Source: an uncultured Solirubrobacteraceae bacterium (GTDB lineage: Bacteria; Actinomycetota; Thermoleophilia; Solirubrobacterales; Solirubrobacteraceae). Taken from it: a stretch of 30,696 nucleotides of DNA. The stretch covers positions 1 to 30,696 of the forward strand of contig CAZPQW010000033.1 in assembly GCA_964588985.1 (NCBI GenBank). The letters are read 5' to 3'. Below are positions 9,911 to 18,100 of this stretch, one piece after another. Below the pieces are notes generated by a model that saw nothing but the letters and a program-made list of their open reading frames with translations, did not search any database and was not told where the DNA came from. Numbering within the stretch: position 1 is the first letter of the stretch; each line of letters starts with the position of its first letter. A program made the position numbers and the translations under genes.

Positions 9911-10303
9911 CTAAATGTGATACATCGACGCCCCCGCGTCGCGCATCTCGCGCTCGATCACATCCGCGATCGTCGTCTCTGCGAGCACCTTGCGCGCGGC
10001 CTCCGACGCGTCCGCGAACACGCCCTGTGCGTCGCGCCCGAGCGGACCGTCGAGCAGCTCCACCACCTCGAGCACCGTCACCGTCGAGGGCTCGCGCGCG
10101 AAGCGGTAGCCGCCCTTCACCCCACGCTGGGAGCTGATGATCCCCGCGCGCCTGAGCACCGCGAACAGCTGCTCGAGAAACTGCACCGGCACGTCGCGCC
10201 TGCGCGCAAGCTCGCCGATCGGCACCGGCTCGGAGCCCGTCGCGCGGCCCAGCTCGGCCAGGGCGAGCACTGCGTAGGGGGACTTGCTGGTGATCGAGAT
10301 CAT
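9911..10303 (-). CDS. Rrf2-family transcriptional regulator, CymR-like (no Fe-S cysteines)
   Basis: YAVLALAEL, FLEQLF..LRRAG.I.S.RG..GGY, TV.EVV..LDGP; no Cys residues; ends MYHI; near cysK/cysE. Confidence 0.93.
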   Translation of the reverse strand: MISITSKSPYAVLALAELGRATGSEPVPIGELARRRDVPVQFLEQLFAVLRRAGIISSQRGVKGGYRFAREPSTVTVLEVVELLDGPLGRDAQGVFADASEAARKVLAETTIADVIEREMRDAGASMYHI

Positions 10304-10369
10304 CGCGCTGTAGGCGCGATGCTACGCACTCACCCGACTGGACACCGCCTCGCGGCGCCCATCCCCCTC

Positions 10370-11509
10370 CTACAGCCAGCCCCGCTCCGTCGCGATGAGC
10401 ACCGCCTGCGCCCGGTCGACCGCCCCGAGCTTGCCGTAGATGTTGTGCAGGTGCGTGCGCACGGTGCTCGTCGACAGCGTCAGCTCGTGGGCGATCTGCT
10501 TGTAGACCTTGCCCTCCGCGAGGCGCTGCAGCACCCCCAGCTCGCGGCCGGACAGCGGGCACGGGTCGACGTGGCGCTGGCGCTGGCTGGGCGAGCTCGG
10601 AAGCTCGTACATCACGCGCCGCAGCTCGCGCGGACCGAGGCCCACGCTGCGTGCTGTCTGGAGCATCTCGGTCGGCGACACGCGCGCGCCCTGCTCGTAG
10701 TGGGCGAGCATGTCCGCCAGGCGGATGAACGCCGCCTCGCCCTCGGCGTCGGGGTTGTGGTGGCGCTCGATCGGCGTCGCGATCGTCGCCGGCAGCCCCC
10801 AGCGGCGGATCAGCACGCCGCCCACGAGCGCGTGGTCGACGCCGAGCTCGCGCCGCTCCTGGTGGATGCGCTCCTCGGGCGTGCGCGCGCCGCGGTGGAC
10901 CTGCGAGGGGTATCCCGGGTAGGCGTGCAGCAGCACCAGCTTGCCGATGTCGTGCAGCAGGCTCGTCACCGTCAGACGGTCGCGGTTCTCGTAGCCGACC
11001 TCCGCCGCGATGCGGTCGGCGGCGTGCTGGGTGGCGAGGGCGTGCAGCCGGAAGCGCTCAGGCGCGGCGTCCCACACGGTCGCGCGCTCGAAGAAGTCGA
11101 ACGTGCGCACGCGGCTCGCGACGGCCTGCACGGTCTGGGCGCTCAGCGCCTCCACGGCTCCGACTGCGGTGTCGACTCGACCACGGGCGTTCTGGGCACG
11201 GTTCGCCAAGCGCAGCACCGCGATGATCAGCGCCACGTCGGACTCCACCGCGGAGACCACGTCGGCGGTCGCGATGTGATCCTTCGCGATGACCGCGAGC
11301 AGACGATCGCGTGACTCGGCGAGCGCGGGGAATGCCTCGAGCGCTTCGAAGGCCATCGTCAGGCGACGGCCGTGACCCTCGTTCTGGTGTCGCTCGCCGG
11401 ATACGGCGGGAGAAGCGGAGCGGCCTTTGCCGTCGACCGGTCGACGCGCTTTCGTCGCGGTCGGCTTCTTTGCTGCGTTCAGCTTCTTTGACGCCGTAGC
11501 TGCCTGCAT
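10370..11509 (-). CDS. HDOD domain + C-terminal LuxR-type HTH fusion protein
   Basis: HDOD hallmarks FPAL, ESD.AL...VLRLAN, LLHDIGKLVL, ERRELGVDHA.VG..L.RRWGLP...I..HH; LuxR LSGRELGVLQRLAEGKVYKQIAHELTLSTSTVRTHLHNIYGKLG..DRAQAV; SD AAGGAAGGGG before ATG 11509. Confidence 0.92.
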   Translation of the reverse strand: MQAATASKKLNAAKKPTATKARRPVDGKGRSASPAVSGERHQNEGHGRRLTMAFEALEAFPALAESRDRLLAVIAKDHIATADVVSAVESDVALIIAVLRLANRAQNARGRVDTAVGAVEALSAQTVQAVASRVRTFDFFERATVWDAAPERFRLHALATQHAADRIAAEVGYENRDRLTVTSLLHDIGKLVLLHAYPGYPSQVHRGARTPEERIHQERRELGVDHALVGGVLIRRWGLPATIATPIERHHNPDAEGEAAFIRLADMLAHYEQGARVSPTEMLQTARSVGLGPRELRRVMYELPSSPSQRQRHVDPCPLSGRELGVLQRLAEGKVYKQIAHELTLSTSTVRTHLHNIYGKLGAVDRAQAVLIATERGWL

Positions 11510-11541
11510 GCCACAAAACCCCTTCCTTGGGTTAACGCCGG

Positions 11542-11602
11542 CTATCGGGGTGCCGGAATTTCTCTTTGTGGCCCTATCGGCAGTAACGACGCGCGAATTG
11601 AG
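11542..11602 (-). promoter_or_regulatory. Tandem sigma-28 (FliA/WhiG)-like promoters
   Basis: CTCA-N17-GCCGATAG (11602..11574) and CAAA-N15-CCCGATAG (11568..11542) upstream of the HDOD-LuxR gene. Confidence 0.6.
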
Positions 11603-11604
11603 GG

Positions 11605-12969
11605 CTAACTGCGCGAATCGGGCTGGCTTGCAAGCACGTTGTCGATGCGCCGCAGCGTCTCCTCGCGTCCAAGCAGCGCCACACACTCGAAGATCCCCGG
11701 CGATACCGTCCCGCCCGTGATCGCCACGCGCAGCGGCTGGTAGACCTCGCGGGGCTTCGCGCCGCGACGCTCCACCACCGCCGACAGCGCCTCCCCCACC
11801 GCGGCCTCGTCGAAGCTCTCGCTCTCGGCGAGCGCCGCACGCGCATCCGCAAGCGCCTCCAGGCCCTCCGGCCCGAGCCAGCGCTCGCGCGCCTTCGGAT
11901 CATCGACCGGGCCGTCGAACAGCGATCCCGCCAGCGGCCAGAAGTCCGCGAGCGTGTGGATCTTCTCCTGGCTGATGCGGACCGCGCCCTCCAGGCCCTC
12001 ACGGCCCGTGAACGCCTCAATGCGGCAAGTCAGCTCCTCCAGCGGCAGCTGGCGGATGTAGATGCCGTTCAGCCACTTCAGCTTGACCTCGTCGAAGCGC
12101 GCCGGGTTGCGGCTCACGCGCTCGAGCGTGAAGCGCTCGATCAGCTCCTCCGTCGAGAGCACCGTCTCATCGTCGCCCGCGCCCCAGCCGAGCAGCGCGA
12201 GGTAGTTGCGCACCGCCTCCGGTAGGTAGCCCGCGTCGCGCAGCTCCTGCACCGAGGCCGCGCCGTGGCGCTTGGAGAGCTTCTTGCCGTCCGGGCCGTG
12301 CAGCAGCGGCAGGTGCGCGTACGCGGGAAGCGGCGCATCGGCGCCGAGCCCGACCGCTTTGGCGGCCTCGAGCACGAGCAGCTGCTTGGGCGTGTTGGAG
12401 AGGTGATCCTCGCCCCGCACCACGTGGGTGATGCCCGCGTCGAGGTCGTCGATCGCGACCGCGAAGTTGTAGAGCACGCTGCCGTCCGCGCGCGCGATCA
12501 CGGGGTCGTCGAGGTGGACGTGATCGAAGCGCGTGTCGCCGCGGATCACGTCGTGCACGACCGTCGCGCCCTCGTCGGGCACCCGCAGCCGCACCGCCCC
12601 CTGCGCTTCGGCCTGCCCGCGGTATCCCCGGTCGGCGCCGTGCTGGGCCTTGTAGGCCTTCACGTCGTCCGCGGTCGCTTCGGAGCGGTATGCGTGACCA
12701 GCGTCGAGCAGGGCATTCAGCGCCTCGCCGTGGCGCTCGGAGCGGTCGGTCTGCAGGATCGGCCCCTCGTCCCAGTCGAGCTCCAGCCAGCGCAGCGCGT
12801 CGAGGATCTGCTCGATGTTCTCCGGGGTGGAGCGCTCGCGATCGGTGTCCTCGATGCGCAGCACCATCTCGCCGCCCTCGTGACGGGCGAGCAGCCAGTT
12901 GAACAGCGCCGTGCGCGCGCCGCCGATGTGCAGCGCCCCGGTGGGCGATGGTGCGAAGCGAACCCTCAT
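11605..12969 (-). CDS. gltX: Glutamate--tRNA ligase
   Basis: RVRFAPSPTG.LHIGG, LRIEDTD.ERS, ITHVVRGEDH..NT.KQ, KLSKR, C-terminal anticodon domain (PLRVAITG..VSP). Confidence 0.98.
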   Translation of the reverse strand: MRVRFAPSPTGALHIGGARTALFNWLLARHEGGEMVLRIEDTDRERSTPENIEQILDALRWLELDWDEGPILQTDRSERHGEALNALLDAGHAYRSEATADDVKAYKAQHGADRGYRGQAEAQGAVRLRVPDEGATVVHDVIRGDTRFDHVHLDDPVIARADGSVLYNFAVAIDDLDAGITHVVRGEDHLSNTPKQLLVLEAAKAVGLGADAPLPAYAHLPLLHGPDGKKLSKRHGAASVQELRDAGYLPEAVRNYLALLGWGAGDDETVLSTEELIERFTLERVSRNPARFDEVKLKWLNGIYIRQLPLEELTCRIEAFTGREGLEGAVRISQEKIHTLADFWPLAGSLFDGPVDDPKARERWLGPEGLEALADARAALAESESFDEAAVGEALSAVVERRGAKPREVYQPLRVAITGGTVSPGIFECVALLGREETLRRIDNVLASQPDSRS

Positions 12970-12981
12970 AGGATGCGCCGC

Positions 12982-12987
12982 ATGCTA
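12982..12987 (-). promoter_or_regulatory. Putative -10 element (TAGCAT) for gltX
   Basis: Same hexamer as before folD, rrf2 and dnaE; 12 nt upstream of ATG in the 44-bp divergent gltX/nfo spacer. Confidence 0.5.
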
Positions 12988-13013
12988 GTCGCAGCGGTCT
13001 CCGGGCACATTCA

Positions 13014-13871
13014 GTGCTGATCGGCGCACACGTCTCGCCCTCGGGCGGTCTCCCGAAGGCGATCGAGCGCGGCGTGGAACGGGGCTGCCGGGCGATCCAG
13101 ATCTTCAACCAGTCGCCGCGGATGTGGCGGCCGACGACCTACCGCGAGGAGGACGTGGCGGCGTTCCGCGAGGCGATGGCGGACAGCCCAATCGACGCTG
13201 TGCTGATCCACGCCGTCTATCTGCTCAACTGCGCCAGCGACGATCCAGACATCTCCGCCAAGTCGCTCACCTCGCTAACCCATTCGTTGCGCGTCGGGCA
13301 CGACATCGGCGCCACCGGGGTCGTGCTGCACCCGGGCTCGGCCAAGACCGGGGACGTGCCCAGCGCGATCGTCCGCGCGGGTGAGACGATCAGGCAGGCG
13401 CTCGCCGACAGCGAGGGTTGCGAGCTGCATCTCGAGAACACCGCCGGTGCCGGCGGGACGCTCGGGCGCTCCATCGACGAGCTCGCCGCGCTGATTGAGG
13501 CGTGCGGCGGCGATCAGCGGGTGGGGCTGTGCCTGGACTCCTGTCACCTGTACGCGTCGGGGTATGACATCCGCACAAACGCCGGCATGGACGCGTTGAT
13601 GGATGAGGTCTCGGAGAAGATCGGCCTCGACCGTTTGGGATCGCTGCACCTCAACGACTCCCAGACGGGACTCGGATCGAACCGCGATCGTCACGCCGAC
13701 GTCGCCGAGGGCGAGTTGGGCGAGGAGGGCTGCGCCGCGTTCCTGTCCGCTCCTCAGCTCGCGGGCCTTGCGTGCGTGCTCGAGACTCCCGGCCCGAATC
13801 GCAAGGGGGCGACGGCCGAGGAAGTGGCGTTGGCAGTGGCGCTGCGCGAGCGTGGGATCGCAAGCCGCTGA
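13014..13871 (+). CDS. nfo: Endonuclease IV (AP endonuclease)
   Basis: IGAHVS, QIF..SPR.W, HAVYLLN, VVLHPGS, LENTAG.G, CLDSCH.YASGYD, HLNDS, DRHA, LETP (tri-zinc ligands). Confidence 0.96.
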   Translation: MLIGAHVSPSGGLPKAIERGVERGCRAIQIFNQSPRMWRPTTYREEDVAAFREAMADSPIDAVLIHAVYLLNCASDDPDISAKSLTSLTHSLRVGHDIGATGVVLHPGSAKTGDVPSAIVRAGETIRQALADSEGCELHLENTAGAGGTLGRSIDELAALIEACGGDQRVGLCLDSCHLYASGYDIRTNAGMDALMDEVSEKIGLDRLGSLHLNDSQTGLGSNRDRHADVAEGELGEEGCAAFLSAPQLAGLACVLETPGPNRKGATAEEVALAVALRERGIASR

Positions 13872-13914
13872 CAGATCAGCGGCCAGCGTCATCTCCGCGA
13901 GCGCGCACGGTCGT

Positions 13915-14106
13915 TCAGCGCCGATCGACCTTGTGCTTGACGTCTTCGAGCGTGTGCTCCGCTTTCTCCACGACTGAGTCGAGCTTGCCCTTGAGCTTGC
14001 CCTTGTCCTCCTGGCGCTCTCCCTCACGCTTGGTCTCCTCGTCGCCGGTCACAGCGCCGACGGCCTGCTTTGCGCGGCCGCTGATCTTGTCGGTTTGCTC
14101 GCCCAT
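13915..14106 (-). CDS. csbD: CsbD-family general stress protein
   Basis: DKISGRAKQAVGAVTGDEETKREG...KGKLK pattern; GGAGG SD. Confidence 0.88.
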   Translation of the reverse strand: MGEQTDKISGRAKQAVGAVTGDEETKREGERQEDKGKLKGKLDSVVEKAEHTLEDVKHKVDRR

Positions 14107-14253
14107 TGTGGGCCTCCTAGGGTGTACTGGGTTGTGGCCGAGACGCGTCGCCCAAGCGACGATGACCCAAGCCAGAGGTGTAGATGGTCAACGTGAATGC
14201 CGGTGAACGTTGCGGAGACCATCGCTGCGATCCACTGGCCCCAGAGCGAACCA

Positions 14254-14403
14254 TCACCCTCGCCGTCCGTAGTAGCGGCCTCGACCTCCAACCGCGAAGA
14301 CCACGAGAATGATGACGAGCACCCACAGCAGCGGACTCACAGCCAAACTCCCCACCAACGCCAAGACAATGAGAATGACGAGCAACATAACGATTAGGTC
14401 CAT
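14254..14403 (-). CDS. Small hydrophobic two-TM protein (49 aa)
   Basis: MDLIVMLLVILIVLALVGSLAVSPLLWVLVIILVVFAVGGRGRYYGRRG: two hydrophobic helices and a basic tail, like small actinobacterial 'hydrophobic proteins'; start uncertain. Confidence 0.7.
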   Translation of the reverse strand: MDLIVMLLVILIVLALVGSLAVSPLLWVLVIILVVFAVGGRGRYYGRRG

Positions 14404-14584
14404 GCCGACGAACCTACGCCCGAATCGCGGCACGGTCATCCGTAGCCACTACTGAAGAAGCCCGGGAAACCCGTGAGCGACGAGAGCGGGCAGTAGACGA
14501 GTGCGTTGTACGTTGAGCCGGTTCGCCGCGATCACGCGCATCAGCAGGCCATGACGTCGCCCGCCTGTAAACCGAGAACGCGAG

Positions 14585-14611
14585 GATCACGCCGGGACTG
14601 CCGGCGTGATC
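14585..14611 (-). terminator. Perfect 11-bp hairpin after channel gene
   Basis: GATCACGCCGG-gactg-CCGGCGTGATC, 16 nt downstream of the stop. Confidence 0.6.
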
Positions 14612-14627
14612 GGCCGATCGTCGCCCG

Positions 14628-15011
14628 TCAGTGCTTGGCGTCGATCTCTTGGCCGCGCTTTTGAAGGAAGCTGCCGAACGCGCCAGCCAGCGCGGCAACT
14701 ACCGTGATCGCCCAGATCTCCATGAAGACATCCAGGATCCGTCCGCCGGCCGAGATCGGATTCTTGATCTGCGAGGAGACGGTCAGCAGCTGAGTCGTCG
14801 TCCAGAACACGGCGCTGCCGAACGTCTTGATCTCAGTCTGCTGGGAGTGGCGCTCAAGCAGGAACGCCATGATCGCGCATAACAAGTCAATACCGACAGT
14901 CGCCACGACGATCATCACAACGTGGTCGCGCAGCCGACGATGCGTGGGCGTCGCCGCGCGAAGAACGTCACGAAACTCGCGGGCAGCGGACCCCAGCACT
15001 CCAAACAGCAT
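14628..15011 (-). CDS. KcsA-like 2-TM ion channel with non-canonical selectivity filter
   Basis: TM1-turret-pore helix-TM2 architecture: FLLE...IKTFGSAVFWTTTQLLTVSSQIKNPISAGGRILDV aligns without gaps to KcsA LAE...[31 protein letters not shown]. Confidence 0.82.
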   Translation of the reverse strand: MLFGVLGSAAREFRDVLRAATPTHRRLRDHVVMIVVATVGIDLLCAIMAFLLERHSQQTEIKTFGSAVFWTTTQLLTVSSQIKNPISAGGRILDVFMEIWAITVVAALAGAFGSFLQKRGQEIDAKH

Positions 15012-15112
15012 CGGTCAATCGTCGCGGGCGCGCCGGACGTCTGTGCAGCTATCGCCCGTCGGCCGGGTGCTTGATCCCCGCGAATCGCCAAACCATTTCG
15101 GGAACGCTGTCA

Positions 15113-18100
15113 CTAACCAGTCGCGGCCGAGGCGACCGGCGCAAAGACATCCTGCAGCTCGGCACGCACGGTGGGCGTGTTGCGCACCGTGAACTCCTCG
15201 CCTAGTCGGATCGTGCGCTTTCCGGCGCTCGTGTGGATCTCGACCTGAACCTCGGCGGGGCCGGGGGCTTCCTCGATCCGCTGCTTGAGTTCCTCCATCG
15301 AGTCGTGCGAGATGTCTCCCGCGGCAATGCTGAGCTTCATCGGCTGGGCCATCGCGGTCGCCGACGCCGCGGCCGACGCTGCCTGCGAGCGGGCGCGCTC
15401 GATCTCCTCCTCGGTGGGGGCGAAGCTCTGCATGCTCTGCACGACCACGCACGTCTTGCCCGCTTCCTTGTGGTCGACGCGGCCTTTCACGATCACTACC
15501 TCGTCGACCTTGAGCGCCGCTTCGTGCTCGGCGAGCGCCTTGCCGAACACGAGGATCTCGACCGCGCCGGCGAGGTCGTCGAGCGTGGCGAACATCATGT
15601 GATCGCCGTTGCGCGTGCGGATCTTCTTGGCCTCGGTGATGATCCCGCCGACGGTCACGAAGTCCTTGTCGCGGCGCTCGGGCAGTGAGGAGAGCGGGCA
15701 GTCGACCTTCGCGCGCAGCGCCTCTCTCAACGGCTTGAGCGGGTGCGCGGAGACGAACAGCCCGATCGCCTCCTTCTCCGCCGCAAGCAGCTCGGGCTGC
15801 TCGAACTCGACCGTCGGGATCGCCGGGTGCAGCGGCCGAGCCAGTCCGAGGCCGCCGCCGGCGGGTGTCTGTGCGGTCGGGCCGGCGTCTTCCTGCAGAT
15901 CGAAGATCGAGCCCTGCCCGATCTGTGCGTCCTGCTGGAGCTTCTGGCCGGCGGCCTGGGCCTGCTCGAGGACTTCGAGCATCCCCTTGCGGGTCGCGCC
16001 GGTGGAGCCGAGGGCGCCGCACTTGACGAGCGCCTCGATCGCCTTCTTGTTGACCGTGCGGTTGTCCACGCGCTCGCAGAAGTCCCATATCGAGCTGAAC
16101 TCGCCGGCCTCCTCGCGCGCCCGTTTGATCGCCTCGACCGCCTGGTAGCCGACGCCCTTCACGGCGTCGAGGCCGAAGCGGATGTTGCCCTCGACGACCG
16201 TGAACTCGTGGTCTGAGAGGTTCACGTCCGGCGGCAGGATCTCGATGCCCATCTCCTCGCAGCGGGCCACGAAGAACGGCACCTTGTCCTTCGTCGACAT
16301 CACCGAGGAGATCAGCGCGGCCATGTACTCGGCGGTGTAGTTCGCCTTCAGCCACGCGGTGCGGTAGGCGATCAGCCCGTAGCAGGCGGCGTGGCTCTTG
16401 TTGAAGGAGTAGTCGGCTGACTTCTCGTTCGTGTTCCACAGGAACTCGATCACGTCCGATTTGGTGCCCGACGCCTTGCAGCCCTCGATGAACTCCGGCT
16501 TCAGCGCCGCCATCGCCTGGCGGTTCTTCTTGCCGATCGCCTTGCGCAGGTCGTCCGCCTTCGCCCCCGAGAAGCCCGCGAGCTCCTTGGAGATCTGCAT
16601 CGCCTGCTCCTGGTAGAGGATCACGCCGTTGGAGGACTCGAGGATCGGGCGCAGGCGCTCGTCGGGGTAGGAGATCGCCTGTGGGTTGTGCTTGCCCTTC
16701 GCGTAGACCGGGATCTGGTCCATCGCGCCCGGGCGGTAGAGCGCGTTGAGCGCGACGAGGTCGTTGAACTCGTCGGGGCGCACCTTCTTGAGCGCCTCGC
16801 GCATGCCCTCGGACTCGAACTGAAACACGCCGATCGAGTCGCCGCGGGCCATCATCTCGTAGGTCGCCGCGTCGTCGAGCGGGATCTTGGTCCAGTCGGG
16901 GCGCTCGCCTGTGGAGCGCTCGATGATGTCGAGCGCGTCCTCGATCACGTCGAGGTTGCGCAGGCCGAGGAAGTCCATCTTGAGGATGCCGATCTCCTCG
17001 ATTGGTTTCATCGAGAACTGGGTCACCGTGCGGAACGCGCGCTCGCCGTTCTCGTCGGTGCCGGCGTCGGCGAGCTGCAGCGGCACGATGTCCGTCAGCG
17101 GCCGGTCGGCGATCACGACCGCGGCGGCGTGGATCGAGGAATTGCGCACGATCCCCTCGAGGCCACGGGCGACGTCCACGATCCGTTGCGCTACGGGCTC
17201 CTCGTCGCACGCCTTGCGAAGCGGTTCGCCGGGCTTCATGCATTCCTCGAACGATGGCGAGCGGCCCATGATCGGGTCGGGGATCAGCTTCGCGAGGCGG
17301 TCGCCGGTGCCGTAGTCGAAGCCGAGCACGCGCGCCGCGTCGCGCGTGGCCGCGCGCGGGAACATCTTGCCGAACGTCACGATCTGCGCGACCGACTCGC
17401 GCCCGTACTTCTCGGTCACGTATCGCATGACGCGCTCGCGCCCGCGCACGGAGAAGTCGATGTCGATATCGGGCATCGACACGCGCTCGGGGTTCAGGAA
17501 GCGCTCGAACAGCAGGTCGTACTGCAGCGGGTCGACGTCGGTGATCGCCAGGCAGTAGGACACGATCGAGCCTGCTGCCGAGCCACGGCCGGGGCCGACG
17601 GCGATGCCGTTCTCCTTGGCGTACTTGACGAAGTCCCACACGATCAGGAAGTACGCGTTGAAGCCCATCCGGTCGATCACGCCGAGCTCCATCTCCATAC
17701 GCTCGACCGCCTCGGCGGGCGGCGGGGCGCCGTAGCGGGCTCGCAGCCCCTCCTGCACGCGTGCGCGCAGGTACTCGCGCTCCGGTGTGCCGTCGGGGGT
17801 CTTGAAGCTCGGGATCAGCTGCTTGCCGAGCTCGATCTCGACCGAGCAGCGCTCCGCGATCTCCAGCGTGCTCGCGATCGCCTCCGGCCACTCCGAGAAC
17901 GCGGCGACCATTTCGGCGCTGTCGCGGAGGTAGAACTCGTTCGTGTCGAACGTCAGCTTCGGTTCGGCGATCGTGCTCTTCGTCTGCACGCACAGCAGCG
18001 CCGTGTGGTGTTCGTAGTCCTCGCGACGCAGGTAGTGGACGTCGCCCGTTCCCACCAGGCTGCCGCCGACCTCGCGCGCGATGCGAACGATCCCCTCGTT

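Noticed and set aside
14107-14584. SigB/SigF-type promoters for csbD and the small hydrophobic gene
   Set aside because: GTTT and GGGT-like words are present but not at consensus spacing
16380-16420. Possible intein at the DnaE FNKSH site
   Set aside because: Sequence is continuous (ADYSFNKSHAACY) and the protein is normal length
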